A DNA stretch of 64,000 nucleotides from Phoronis australis. Taxonomy: Eukaryota > Animalia > Phoronida. The notes under the pieces were generated by a model. That model did no database searches. It was not told the DNA's origin and was given only the letters and a program-made list of their open reading frames with translations. Numbering within the stretch: position 1 is the stretch's first letter; each line of letters opens with the position of its first letter. The position numbers were made by a program, and so were the translations under genes. Positions 36,401 through 48,600 of this stretch are shown one piece after another. The DNA lies in NCBI GenBank assembly GCA_002633005.1, contig NMRA01000001.1, positions 1,521,755 through 1,585,754 on the forward strand, in the 5' to 3' direction.

Positions 36401-36597
36401 CTTGTGGTCCGATAACATTGAGGAGTGAAAAAATGAAGGGTATGAAAGACTTGTTGCTAGCAGAAAAATTAAACGCTAGCGCCATCAAGCTGCAGCTGAC
36501 AGCTCAGTCTCAGGTACACGTGAAGCACACGAAACCTGGGGACTCCGACTGGGACACGGAAGGCTTTGTGGCCAGAAAGCGCCACAGGAGGGAATGA
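24051..36597 (+). CDS. MEN1: Menin, gene span; join(24051-24465,27148-27300,29329-29513 [or 31093-31277],32499-32539 [or 33806-33846],34772-34996,35589-36597), 2028 nt, ~675 aa
   Basis: Diagnostic motifs [109 protein letters not shown]...[12 protein letters not shown] and a C-terminal basic NLS. Confidence 0.97.
24639..25188. mobile_element. Palindromic MITE / foldback element (~270-bp arms) in MEN1 intron 1
   Basis: Nearly full-length inverted symmetry centred at ~24915; related fragments at ~23370-23490 and ~25560-25755. Confidence 0.8.
26630..27079. mobile_element. TTAA-flanked MITE of the same family, carrying an internal minisatellite
   Basis: TTAA at 26626-26629 and 27080-27083; long imperfect TIRs similar to 43676-43958 and 3181-3513. 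Confidence 0.65.
26757..26945. repeat. 17-18 bp minisatellite (tggtgcatgtacgcaat-type, ~10 units)
   Basis: Direct inspection; explains the repetitive ORFs in all frames. Confidence 0.92.
27148..27300 (+). CDS. MEN1: MEN1 coding exon 2
   Basis: [11 protein letters not shown]...[13 protein letters not shown]...EVTWH. Confidence 0.93.
28950..29209. mobile_element. MITE with CCAGGGGCC...GGCCCCTGG termini (allelic copy 30713-30974)
   Basis: ~29-bp imperfect TIRs; internal cttaag-rich repeats. Confidence 0.65.
29329..29513 (+). CDS. MEN1: MEN1 coding exon 3, copy A
   Basis: [12 protein letters not shown]...SWLYLNG...SINP...SLQQ. Confidence 0.85.
29742..30235 (+). mobile_element. 5' part of a non-autonomous Helentron/HINE (DINE-1-like) element
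   Basis: Starts in a T run; subTIR ATGCGCCCACA within a hairpin; CCGT-type microsatellite follows; absent at the homologous site 31501-31510. Confidence 0.75.
31093..31277 (+). CDS. MEN1: MEN1 coding exon 3, copy B (probably allelic)
   Basis: Identical peptide; 6 synonymous differences counted by eye. Confidence 0.65.
32296..32342 (+). ncRNA. Hammerhead ribozyme-like motif in MEN1 intron 3, sense strand (allelic copy 33602-33648)
   Basis: CTGAAGA-t-GGCCGG-agaaatga-CTGGCC-GAAA-CGTAGCGTC; stem I poorly paired; lies inside a ~195-bp element with inverted ends. Confidence 0.5.
32499..32539 (+). CDS. MEN1: MEN1 coding exon 4 (41 nt), first copy
   Basis: [13 protein letters not shown]; tttcag acceptor, gtaaga donor. 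Confidence 0.75.
32724..32785 (+). mobile_element. 3' end of the same HINE-like element
   Basis: subTIR TGTGGGCGCAT (32752-32762, perfect reverse complement of 29744-29754), stem-loop CAACGC-TCT-GCGTTG, then the flank resumes. Confidence 0.75.
33806..33846 (+). CDS. MEN1: MEN1 coding exon 4 (41 nt), second copy
   Basis: Identical to 32499-32539; lies in the N-joined duplicate. Confidence 0.75.
34772..34996 (+). CDS. MEN1: MEN1 coding exon 5
   Basis: [13 protein letters not shown]...[10 protein letters not shown]...[10 protein letters not shown]. Confidence 0.93.
35356..35601. repeat. 75-bp tandem repeat spanning the acceptor of the MEN1 last exon
   Basis: ag|ttacaattataat (ag|ctacaattataat at the true site) at 35364, 35439, 35514, 35589. 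Confidence 0.92.
35589..36597 (+). CDS. MEN1: MEN1 terminal coding exon
   Basis: [20 protein letters not shown]...[12 protein letters not shown]...RKRHRRE*. Confidence 0.92.
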
Positions 36598-39500
36598 CCA
36601 GCTGTGGTATCCATTGATTGTAGTTCTCCAACATTCTTTTTTCTGGCATTCAGTTCGGGAAGTAAGAGAGCTACTTCTCCAATCTTGATTCCCGACACTC
36701 ATTTGTTTGTTCTCTCACCAACGTGAAATGGACTTGGGAGTAGCCATGTTGGACTAAAGTTTACAGCTGTTATAGATGAGCTAGCGAATTTTGTGAAGTC
36801 TGCTCGTTCCATGACTGTCTTGGTGGTCAATGTTTGGATCATAAGTTTCTCGTAAACTTTTTGGTTGAAGAGAATGGTGCACAGGTTTTGTGATTAATTT
36901 CATTTTGTTTACGTTTCTTATCTTGTTTTGGTTGACAAAATAGACAGTATTTATGATGACTAGATCATGTTAACGATTTGTTTATCCTGATGAACCATAA
37001 CTTATAAGGTCTGTTGTCTCAGTTGTCCACACTCAACGATAACTACCTTATGCCATTCACTTTTAGCAGTAAAAGTGTTTTCAACTTGTTCCGTTCCCCA
37101 GTTTTAATGATTCTTGGAGGTTTAAAAATTGTCATGTTGTTATGTACTAAACTTTTGCAAAAACACATCAGCGAACGACCTTATCTCTTAATCCGTTATT
37201 GAAAAAGTCCAATGTCGACTAGTGAAAAGTATGTAAGGAGAAACGTCGCGGATTCTTGAACATTTTATTTGAAGGTTTTTATTTGTGTATGTGAAAAAAA
37301 ATGTTAAGTAGTTGTCATCTCCATGTTTTGTTAAAAGCTGAGCTCCCTTCGTGAGATTCCTCGCCTCGTTAAAAATTCAACTATTAACTGTGCTCGTTTG
37401 TCAAAGATAATGTTTTCATAGGCATATGTGCTCCTCTTATGCTTCGTTTGAATTGAAATTTATTACAACATTAAGAACAGCAAAGCATCTGGAGTTGCGA
37501 TGGGGATACTGCTTCAGAGACTGCAGTTAGCTCATAACAACAGGTTACTTCATGGTGCCTGGCCTGAAACAATGATTAAGTGTCAGTTATTTTAAAAGCT
37601 CAGAAATAGTTCTTATCTGAGTTAGGAAAAAAATTAGACCGATTTTACCAAGGCTAATGGTCGAAATCTGATTTTTGGACAGAGGGCAGGGGCTTATTGC
37701 ACCTTGAAACTTGGAGGTTTGCTGCTCTACTCTGGGTTTTAGACATGTTATTCTTCGTAAAATTCAGTATACTGAGGTTGCATTTCTACTAAAGGCAAAA
37801 TATTCTTGGAACTATTAGAGGACCCGTGACTTTTCGATTTTTATATTTTATAGTTTTGATTTTACTGTAATTTTTATTGTGCTAAAAACAGCTGTGGTTT
37901 TGAGACTATTAATTTATTTTGATGATAGTTAGGTACGTGAATCGTCCATCCTATTTTTGTGGATTAGGTGTTGTGCTACTGTCTTGAAATACCTGTGTAG
38001 AGGTACGATATCAGTTTTAGCCATTGCAGTGGTCAAAGGAAACAACAAGACGTTTGAGGTCGAAAAATAGGCTAAATGTAACTATATCTGTTTTGAATTT
38101 TAAATGTGAAACAAAAGAAAATGGGAGAATGAAATACACATACACATTTGATCTGATAACAACAAACTGGATAACTGTGTTGGTGTAACGTTATTGTTTT
38201 AATGAATAGTGTACCTTTTGTTTGTGAATCATTAGTGAATCATTTAATATGAAGCTTGAGTGATAAAGGGTCATGGGCTAGTATCTAAACATTTGCTTAG
38301 TCAATGCTGTGTTGTGTTGACTCAGTGTGCCTAAAGAGGGGGCTTGAATTTTGTGTTGCATGTTCAGGGATGTGTTTAGTCTACGTTTAGTCACACTAAG
38401 AACACTTCGGTTTGTAGACAGTGTTACTTTTGGTGAATGTAGGTGTTTTAGACTTCTACTTTGTGAGAAAATGAGTGAGAGGTGTTCTTTCGTATTGGAC
38501 ATACTATAGGGAGGCTAGAACAACATGTCCATGAACATGCCACGCAAAATTTAAGCACCCTCCAAGGGCGTATCCAGGATTTTGAGTTGGGGGGCAGGGC
38601 ATTCGCATCTGGGGGAATTTTAGGGGTGCCATGTCCTCCTTGGCCTCCCTCTAAATCCACCACTGCCCTCTTTAGGCTACCAGTCATTATCTCTCAACCT
38701 TCGTATTAAAGAGACAGTGATAATACATGAACAAAAATCGCAATTCTGTTTTAAGAAATGTTACATTAACTCAGGTACATCTGTGCTCTTTAGTTTACTG
38801 AGTGGTTCTTATCAGTTGGAAATAATAGGATGATGTAGTCTGTTATTAACCATCTATTGGTTTTTATAAATCGCTGATGACGCTTTTTTGAAGGTAACTG
38901 AAACAGCAAACATTGTATACTTGTATATATGCAAACGTAAATGTGATCATTATAAGTTTTGTCGTTCACTTTGTATAGGTAGCGATTTATTTATTGAGTT
39001 TTGAATGATATGTAAAAAATTTTTCTTCCCTGAGAATGACATGTCTTGATTGTTGACAAGAATCAGTTTCCCAGGTAACCTCCAGTCGGCTGTTTCCAAG
39101 GTTTCGTCATGTCAAAAGTTGCTATACCATATAAGGAAATAACATACTTAGTCACATTAACAGAAAATTACGTTTCATACGTCATAGTTATTGAAGCCTT
39201 GCTGATTATTATGTTGTTTGTATTATGGCAATCGATGCATGAGATTTTTTAACTAACGTCTTTTTTGGGTTTCTTTTCAAATCGAGGCTTCAACAAATGC
39301 TCTGCAAAATATGTAAAATCCTTCATTTGTTGTCAGATATCTTGAATCTTTCACAAAAACGAATTTCAATTAAGTCCTACCTCCTTTTGTTATGGAGTAA
39401 TTATCGTAATTATTGTCTGTTAGTAATAATTTTCCCAACCTCAAAAATGTGCTGTTTGTATGGAAACGTGATTTACTTGCTGTACAAGTCCTTGAAGTGT

Positions 39501-42500
39501 TCTAGAAAATCAATCCAATAGGTGTAATACAGTATATTGGTTTAAAGGTAACAGCTAAATTTTAAGGATGAAATTTTCAGATCTAATACTGAAACTGCGT
39601 TCAGTAAAACTTTTATCAGAGCATGAGATTGCACTCAGCTTGCAGCACTCACACAAAGTTGGCTTTATTAAATGCACTTCTCTTTCGAATCGTTTCTGGA
39701 TTCACTTAAATATGTGTTTCAGGGCTATTTTCTCAAGTATGATTTATTCATTTAGTGAAATAGAGTGTTCTGAACAAGTTGTGGCGTAAAATTAAAAAAC
39801 ATGTTGATGTTGTGCTCTTCGGCAATGATGTTAATGACTTGGGGAAATGGTGTTAAAACCTTGGTAGCTTGAGATTATGTCATGATTTTAATGAATATCC
39901 ATAGATAATGAATTGTGAAATGATAGGAATTGCTTTACTGTGATTATAGACTATAATTGTCGTTACCATTCTTTGTTTCACACATATTGTTTTCATTATG
40001 TTATTGCTGTCTGTGTTGTTTATGCTCGGAGAATGTTAAGTCTTACTTAAACTGGTGTACCTGCCCCCTGTTGGGGTAGTGTTACAACGATTGATAAAGT
40101 TGAAGGCTCAGATCATTTCTTTGTGATTAATGCTAGTTTGAGGATACGTGACTCAATACTGACCTGGTAGTATAGTCCTTTGAGACATCATTCACAAACA
40201 CTGCAAGACAAAAGTATTCAGACAAAATGACCCGAAATTCCCCCATCATGTCGCCTGGGTGGAAGCTGAATGCATCGGCATAATCATATTCTCTCGTGAC
40301 CGTGAATGAGTTGGAATTAACAGGAAACTTTGTAAGGTGGATAAGCTATTCTAGCTTTTGCCACCCGAACACTTATAATCAATCATTTTTGATCTTAACA
40401 CAATTATCCATCATGACAGGAAAATATTTCATGGAGGGTTTATAGCAGTACGTGCTGCCAATTTGTGTATGTTGCTGGAGTCCAGTTGAAAAGCGGCGTA
40501 TAGTACAAAAACAAAATCAGGTTTTGTTAGTTTTATTTGGTGCATTCTGGGATTGATATCAAGTGCTAGCTCATGACTTTGCCCGCTGAAGTAACAAGAT
40601 TGTGACGTGAACAATATATCCATTTGCAATAGTACTAAGCAAGTCAAGGAAGTCATGTCAGCCATAGTGAAATTTCACCAATATGGGACCCGATGTTGGA
40701 AAACGAGAAATTTTGTTTTCTCGTTTTTTCATTAAAGATCCGTAGAACCAAAATGATGCTTTCGTGTTTTTAGTTTGTACTACAGTTAGTGCGATGAGGT
40801 AGTTTGAAAACTTCAGGCCATTCACAACTACCATAGAGCCACTTGGAAGTTTCCATAGGGTACTTTGGCAACTTGTTTTATCTGAAAAAGGTGATATTTC
40901 ACTGAAATTCTCAGAGCATCAACTTGGTGGAAGACTATGTTGATTTTGTATGGAAGTTGGGATTTGTAGCAAGCTCCCGTAGCAAACCTGACCTTTTGGT
41001 ATTTTTAGCAGTCTCTGAAAATAATTGTGAAGTCTATTCTTGATTTTTGTTACGTGTTAATTACGCAAAAGCATTCTGTGGTTATGTCAATCTGCTCTGT
41101 AACCATAGTAACTAAACGTGTTTACTTGCTTTGAAAGTGCATGACATGAAGATGTAAAGGTTGATTCAAGAGGGAATGTCTATTTTTATATGTTGCCTAA
41201 CTTGAACGGGTTCGTCTAACTAGTAAGTTTGTTTTTATTTTGTCATTTGTTGATGATGTAGTTGAAAGTAAATGTTTCATTACAGCAAACCTGCATTGAC
41301 CTTCGCACTTATGAACAACACCATAATGTTCTTGAGTTGAGAAACCATGACTGTTACAGGTCGAATGAAATTGAATGAGTTTGTATTCATAGTAATTACA
41401 GAACAACAGCATCATGTAAAGGTTGCTATAGTAGTCAGAACACCGTCTGCATGCCAGTTAGCCGTCCAAAAGTCATCTTAACAGGGCACGGGATACTCTT
41501 GACATGCCATCTGTTGGCTGCATTCTATGAAGTACATGTCGTAAGATATATATGAAAAGGATCAAGTATTGGTAATTTGCTCTTGACATGCCACCTGTTG
41601 GCTACATTTTGTAATGTACACCTTGTCATAAGTTTCTGTCCAGAATGTTACTTAGACAATTGGACCATATGCCAATCGTCCAGTTCCCGAATCCGCTGAT
41701 CAGACCCAAGTAATTGCAGAAATTCAACCAGACTTGATTCACACCACTTACTACTATGAAATGGGTCTCGATTTGTTCCTCAGTCAAATTTGAAGCGATT
41801 TTAGGGCATCGAAAGAACTGAAATTTTGACTTGTTATTGCTTACGACCACGTGCTACAAGTTGTTTGTCATGGAGTGTCCTTTTATGTAACAAGCATCGT
41901 CTCCACGAATAACAAACTGTCGGTTCTTTGCAAACCCTAAAATAACATCTCAACAGAGAGGAACAAGCTGCAACCCATTTCAGTGGTGAGCAGACACTAT
42001 CGAAAGTTCGTTTCTTGGATGGAACGCATGTTTATAGCCACTTTAAACTGGCAGGTTAAGGCCAACAGGTGGAATCGGAATCAGTTATGGCATTGAACAG
42101 AACCATTGCATCCTAAACAAAGAGGGTAGTAATGTCCTACTCTGCAATGCTGAAAGTGGGATATTCTCTGCATGTCACGAAAAAGGAAACTGCCATAGAG
42201 TGGATCACCTAAATTCCAAGGTAAAATGATAAACATTTTATTTCATAAATAATTATCCTATACAATTCACATTCAATAAACCAGTCCTCTAGTATAGTCA
42301 TTGCATTTTACATGGCATTGCCATTAGTCCGTCATAGTACATAATTTACATTATATATCCACAGTCTTGGTCCTATTGGCAATAAACTGTAATCAAATGG
42401 GCTCTAGGACTAACTCGTACATGAAATAAGTTGCACATTATTCAGAGAGAAATATAAATTTCATTGGAAGAAATACAAGCTTGGACATAATTTTCAAAAT

Positions 42501-43043
42501 CATGCTTTATCACATTTGAAAAAAAAATATGAACAGCAAGCATATACTGACAAAGAAATAAACTATTTGCAAACTGCTTTATAAAATGTGACGATTCACT
42601 GTAACACGATTATCTTCTTATTTGTCCATTCTCCAGGAAAAAATGACTCGATTTCCATTTAATTTCGATTAAAATAATATTCAGAGATTACGAGATATAA
42701 AAGCACTAAAGTTTCTGATCAATAGGTGGCATCGTGCGCATGGAAACTGCACCAAGCCAGCTCAACAGACCTGTAACATGCAGCTGCTTCAACAAGCAAT
42801 CTTCTTAAATGACAGTGATTAACTTAGCAGAAATGTCAAAAAAGCCAATTTCACGTCACTTCCCGCAGTAATTTACAGGAAATGCGAGTATCTGGTTTAC
42901 TCAATAACATGAATGCAAAAACTCGGAGTTCAGCTTATGAAAGTTGAGCATTCTATAATCGAGAAAAGAAAACACCTCGATACCTCTTACCAACTAATTA
43001 GCTAAAATTGTGCAAAAGGCAACATCAGCAACACTCAAAAAAT

Positions 43044-43262
43044 GGAGGAGGCACTGTAGCCTAGTGGAACTGGTTCCAGGTTTTTACTCGAGGTTGTAGG
43101 TTGGAGGCCCACACAGCTAAACTCTCGAGTCGGGTATCTAGTTCCTCAGCTTGGTTTTATCTAATAAAGCGTAAAATGGGTCTGAGTGATCAGCGCAATG
43201 GAGCCCACCCGAGCAGTCTATGCACGTCTGCTCACCGTATAGACTGCCTGTAATTGTTTTTA
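43044..43262 (+). mobile_element. tRNA-derived SINE
   Basis: A-box-like TAGCCTAGTGG, B-box-like GGTTGGAGGCCC; body shared with the 46826 and 48995 copies. Confidence 0.65.
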
Positions 43263-43675
43263 TTACAACCAAAAAATATCACAATTGGTTCTCATCTGCG
43301 CCCGACTCATTTTGAAGCCTGAACCCTTCAGATGGCATCAGGTGGCGCTGTGTAAAAAAGATCCCGGCCCCTTTCAGTGGGCATCAGGTGATTTTCCTTT
43401 TGAAAATATGGACAAATAAAAGTGCTGCATCTTCAGATCATTTTTTCTAAAACAGACCGAAATCATTCATCCTATTTTGTCCTTAGTCCATAGATCTAAA
43501 GCTAATACAATTGGTTTCACACTGATGGATATCCCAGTGACTTGACCACGTTAAAGAATGTGAAATTCCATGTAGGACTGTCCAATACAAAACTACAATC
43601 ATCGATAATAAATTGATAAACTTCTTACACAATAACATTTAGCACAGGCCTAACAATATCTCAACCATTCCTTAA

Positions 43676-43958
43676 AGCTGCACTTCGTCCTGAATGGAGG
43701 TCTTTAACTCTCATAAAACTGGTCTCGTAATATTCTTTACCATGATGGGATTTTATTTTTGTTACCAACAAGAAAACCAAAACCTGATCAGCGACTTAAG
43801 AAAACACTTAAAAATTATACATATGATTGCCTTTGACTTGATTTGGTAATAGAAATAGAATTCTATCACAGTTAGGAATATTATACGACTGACTTTATGA
43901 TAGTAAAGGCCAAATTTGATTTTCGTTTATAGCCAGCTGAGCAGGGCAAAATGCAGCT
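43676..43958. mobile_element. TTAA-type MITE, same family
   Basis: TTAA|AGCTGCACTT...AAAATGCAGCT; palindromic body. Confidence 0.6.
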
Positions 43959-45104
43959 TAAAATAGTCTCACATAATCATGTCTAAACTCATACTTTGCA
44001 CATTACAGACAAACAGCACATTTGGACAATCAAAAGACAAACACAGACGATACATGATTGAATGTCACTTGTCACTTGAGCATTTAAACTTAAAAATTTC
44101 TACGAATTAAGTATGTCCGTGCAGATAAAAAATTCGAGGTTAAAGTGTTCGGAACAATACATTCAATTTATCCAACTACGCACAACCATTCTGGTTATTT
44201 GTTGTCGACGATATTACATTATTCTGGTTAATGTTTCTGGTCTAATTTGTGTAACTGAAATCAAGTATTCCCATCAGTTTCCAAATTACTACATTATACC
44301 GTTTTTATGTCCACATGCTGCCAGATGTCACAAATATGAGCCAACAGAAAACTGTTTGCACAAACGTAAGCAAGAGGCTTTCGGTAAACTTAATTGCCCA
44401 AATGGTCATTTCCATAATCTTCAAGGTCCTGCAAAGTCGCAAAAAAATNACTTAAGAAAACACTTAAAAATTATACATATGATTGCCTTTGACTTGATTT
44501 GGTAATAGAAATAGAATTCTATCACAGTTAGGAATATTATACGACTGACTTTATGATAGTAAAGGCCAAATTTGATTTTCGTTTATAGCCAGCTGAGCAG
44601 GGCAAAATGCAGCTTAAAATAGTCTCACATAATCATGTCTAAACTCATACTTTGCACATTACAGACAAACAGCACATTTGGACAATCAAAAGACAAACAC
44701 AGACGATACATGATTGAATGTCACTTGTCACTTGAGCATTTAAACTTAAAAATTTCTACGAATTAAGTATGTCCGTGCAGATAAAAAATTCGAGGTTAAA
44801 GTGTTCCGAACAATACATTCAATTTATCCAACTACGCACAACCATTCTGGTTATTTGTTGTCGACGATATTACATTATTCTGGTTAATGTTTCTGGTCTA
44901 ATTTGTGTAACTGAAATCAAGTATTCCCATCAGTTTCCAAAATACTACATTATACTGTTTTTATGTCCACATGCTGCCAGATGTCACAAATATGAGCCAC
45001 CAGAAAACTGTTTGCACAAACGTAAGCAAGAGGCTTTCGGTAAACTTAATTGCCCACATGGTCATTTCCATAATCTTCAAGGTCCTGCAAAGTCGCAAAA
45101 AAAT
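43794..45104. repeat. N-joined tandem duplicate (43794-44448 / 44450-45104)
   Basis: Single N at 44449; offset 656 bp; near identical. Confidence 0.85.
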
Positions 45105-45682
45105 TTTTTTTTCACAAATTTGCCATTTAAATTATCAATTTAGTAGATTTACTACTCAGACTTAGTTTCTCTTTATTTCACACTCACATAAATGAAACCC
45201 CATACAATGTCAAGACAAAATCTTCAATTAGAATTACAAATGAACTGCAAAAGTGAATCTACCCACCGAAGCAATCAAATTGCTTCAACAGCATCACATT
45301 GTAATTGAGTAAAATTAGATATCCTTCTCCGCCTCATAAGAGAAGCTTTAAACTGCATTCTAGACGAAACAGAGGTTCTCAAAAGATGAGACTTTAAGAT
45401 ACAAATACGTGATTCAATGTTCATTCAGGTGATGTTATTGAAGAAAGATCCCTCTGAAAGATTGAAAGTAGAGAGTAGCTCCTTAGCATAGGGGCGTTTG
45501 CTTTAAAAGGGTACCACGTGACATGAAAGCTGTTAACTCTACATCTAGCACCCCTTCTTCATTTGTGCAACCTAATAAATTTTGTGTTCCCATTGTACTT
45601 GGCACGTGATCATTCAAACCCATGAAATGTCCACTGATCAGTTTGGAATTAAAACTCATGATCAAATGACTGAGTGTCTTCT

Positions 45683-48600
45683 CTACGTAGTCTGTGAGCC
45701 GCCATTCACCAAGTCATTCAGCTCCGTCTCGATGGTGGCGCTTTCCTTCATGGTCGTGATCTCCTCAATAATCTGATTGTGCTCCTCGATCAAATGTTCA
45801 AAGTCCTTCTTTCTCGTTTCGCACTCGGACTACAAAAGAAAATACAATAACAGTCTTTGATGAGCTCTTGTTCTGGCCAAACAGTCCCTTTACATATTGT
45901 CTGTTGTGTAGCTAAACATGGATCTCTTATCATTGGTTCATATCTCAATTTGGAAGTCAAAACGAGTGCAGTTAAACGAACAATATTGTTAAATAATGTC
46001 TCTGCACGTATGTTGTACTTTGAGATATATATTTATTGTGCAGAACTTCGCAAAAACTGTGTGTATAGACACTGGCATTCATTCCTAGCAATTATACTAT
46101 TGGTCACTCTACAAATCATCAAATCGGACTTTAATTTCACTGCAACTCAACATTAAAGAGCTCCAAATGCCTCTGTAAATGGGACTTAAGTACACTTTTA
46201 ATTGCTTTGGCAAACGAAGACATTCAACATTTAGTTATTAAGACTAGTTATGTTTTTCCACAAGTTAGAGTAAAGATTAAGAACATTTTACAATTTATTA
46301 CAAGGATGGATTGTAGTGTACAAATGTCACAAAACATGCTAACATTCTCATTATTTGCAAAAAGATTATCATCCATTGAAAAATGGAGAAATTACGACTT
46401 TGGCAATTACTTTTCAGCGAAACAAGAGGAGAATTATCGTGTATAACTATTCTGTTGTTGAAGTATAGCTGACATTTTTACAAGATACTTACTTTTATGG
46501 ATTCAACCAGAGATTCTGAAGATTTCATTTTCATCAATCGCTCTTTGATGGAAGTTCGTCTTTGTAAAACTGGCTTTTCTTTTTCTGTAAATAGTTTTAT
46601 GATATAATCATTTATCAATTACCAAACTTGTTAATATCGAAAAAAAGTTGTACAGAATTTAAAGGAATAAAATGACAATCGTAGTTTCACTTAGAAGAAC
46701 AGTTTAACAACATATTAAGAAAATATTTGCCAAATACAAAAACTATATGTCGATTCCTTCTTTTGTGCAATTACTGTTAGAGCTAGTGCACATTTTTCAA
46801 TTCACTTTCTTATACGAACAACAAAGTAGGCAAAGTGGACTAGTGTGATAACTGTCCACGTCCTTTACTCAAAGTCATGGTCCAAGTCCCACTGGGGCAC
46901 ACGGTTAGACACTTGAGTCAGGTCTCTATCTCCTCAGCTCGGTTTAACAAGTAGAGTATAATAATGGTTTCAGGTGATCAGTGCAACGGACCCAAATGAG
47001 CGGCCTGCGCACATCTGGTACAACATGTGGTAGACCGCCAGCAATTAGTTATTTTCATCGTAATCTATTTTGCCCAGGGTACGCCACGAGCTATGTTGAT
47101 GAGAATTGGGAATAATGTCGGTTATTATGATGTGAGTAGAAGGACTAAAGCAGACTCTGCAAGATAGGCATGGAAAAAACACCACCGGAGTATAAAAGGA
47201 ATTGTCCTTAATGATGGAACCAAAACAAAAGACTTAAGCATTGCCTGAACGGCCTACAGAAAATGTAAAAAGAAAAGATCATAAACAAATACAAAGCTCG
47301 ACAAAGGTCTAACAGGTAACGTATAATGAGAAAAAAATTTTGAACAAACAACCGGTATGGAGGGGGGGGGAAACATGCGGAGTAAAAAACGTAGGTCTTG
47401 TAGATGACGAGGTAGGTGGATGACTGACCTAGACCACGTTATACCGAACAGCGGAAATATGATTGACCAATCAGGTGTCGAGAAGCGAAACATATGAATA
47501 TGAAAGTAGACCCTTGAGGTTATTTTGCGGATGGTTGTCAATCGTGGGTATCTAGTTGACCTGTGTAAGTAAACACAGTTTAACAAAGGGTTTATTGTCA
47601 TGGGTTAGAAGATAGTTGTTTTAATACCCCCTATGGATTCTGGATAGCCTGAGCATGGACTGTGCATTTCACCCTGGGATATTGCCTAAGACATTTCCCC
47701 CTCAATATGACGATGGGTGAATATTTTATAAGGCCACGTATTTTGCCCTCTCGTGTGGGTACTTTGTCATATTGGTGTTATCATCGTGGGTCACAGTAAA
47801 CAAAAGCATCATCAAAGGTGAGTAAGGGTTCAGCCAAAGTGGTATTGTCTGTATGGGATTTTTCATCATTTTGTATTGTCTCGGGTGTCCACTAAACCCT
47901 TTAACTATTTACTCAGGAGTTGCACCTCCTTTCCAAACACTGGAAAAGCTTCACAAGTTTACATGAGTAAGAGTGACTACTATGAGCCACCATCTGAACA
48001 TTCATATGCACACTGCTCACCTGGGTCCTCTCTTGGACTAGTAGCGATGACTTCATCAGCCTCGTCGATGTCGAGCACCCCTTGGGACCCCTCTTCATTC
48101 TCCAGTACCAAGTTGATGTGATCATTATCCTTTTCTCCATTCTCTACCGTTTCCATGGTTTCAGCCACGTTGCCGTTGTTGTTCGCGTTGTCGTCTGCTT
48201 TCACTTTATTCATGTTTGCCTGCTTCTTGTTCTCTGTTAGTACGTCAGCTCGCAATTCTTCGACACCGTTGTCCGTCACTGTCGTAATCTCACTCTGGTT
48301 ATCATCCGCCACTATCGGCTGAGGAACAGACACAGCGTTGCGATTTTCCTTACCTTAGCAAAATAAGAACATGAATTGTCAAAGAATGCACTATAACCCA
48401 AACAGAAATATTTTAATACTGAAACACCTTTTGACGGCATAGAACTCTTCAGATGTAAAGATCTATTTGACCAAGTTGAGACGAAAGATGATTTTCCCTA
48501 TGAACAACTAGTTTCAAACTACCACATCTGCTTAGCTGCGTCTTTAAAAACAAGTGAATGCACAGAATTGTGGAAAGATTTAATTCAATACTTTCCGTAC

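Noticed and set aside
35808-36488. 226-aa antisense ORF
   Set aside because: Shadow of the MEN1 last exon; no independent features.
41620-42130. Decayed GIY-YIG (Penelope) endonuclease fragment
   Set aside because: Only faint resemblance (VSRHY, FYV); no continuous frame.
43044-43115. tRNA gene
   Set aside because: A/B-box-like motifs are present but no cloverleaf; it is the head of a SINE with three diverged copies in the window.
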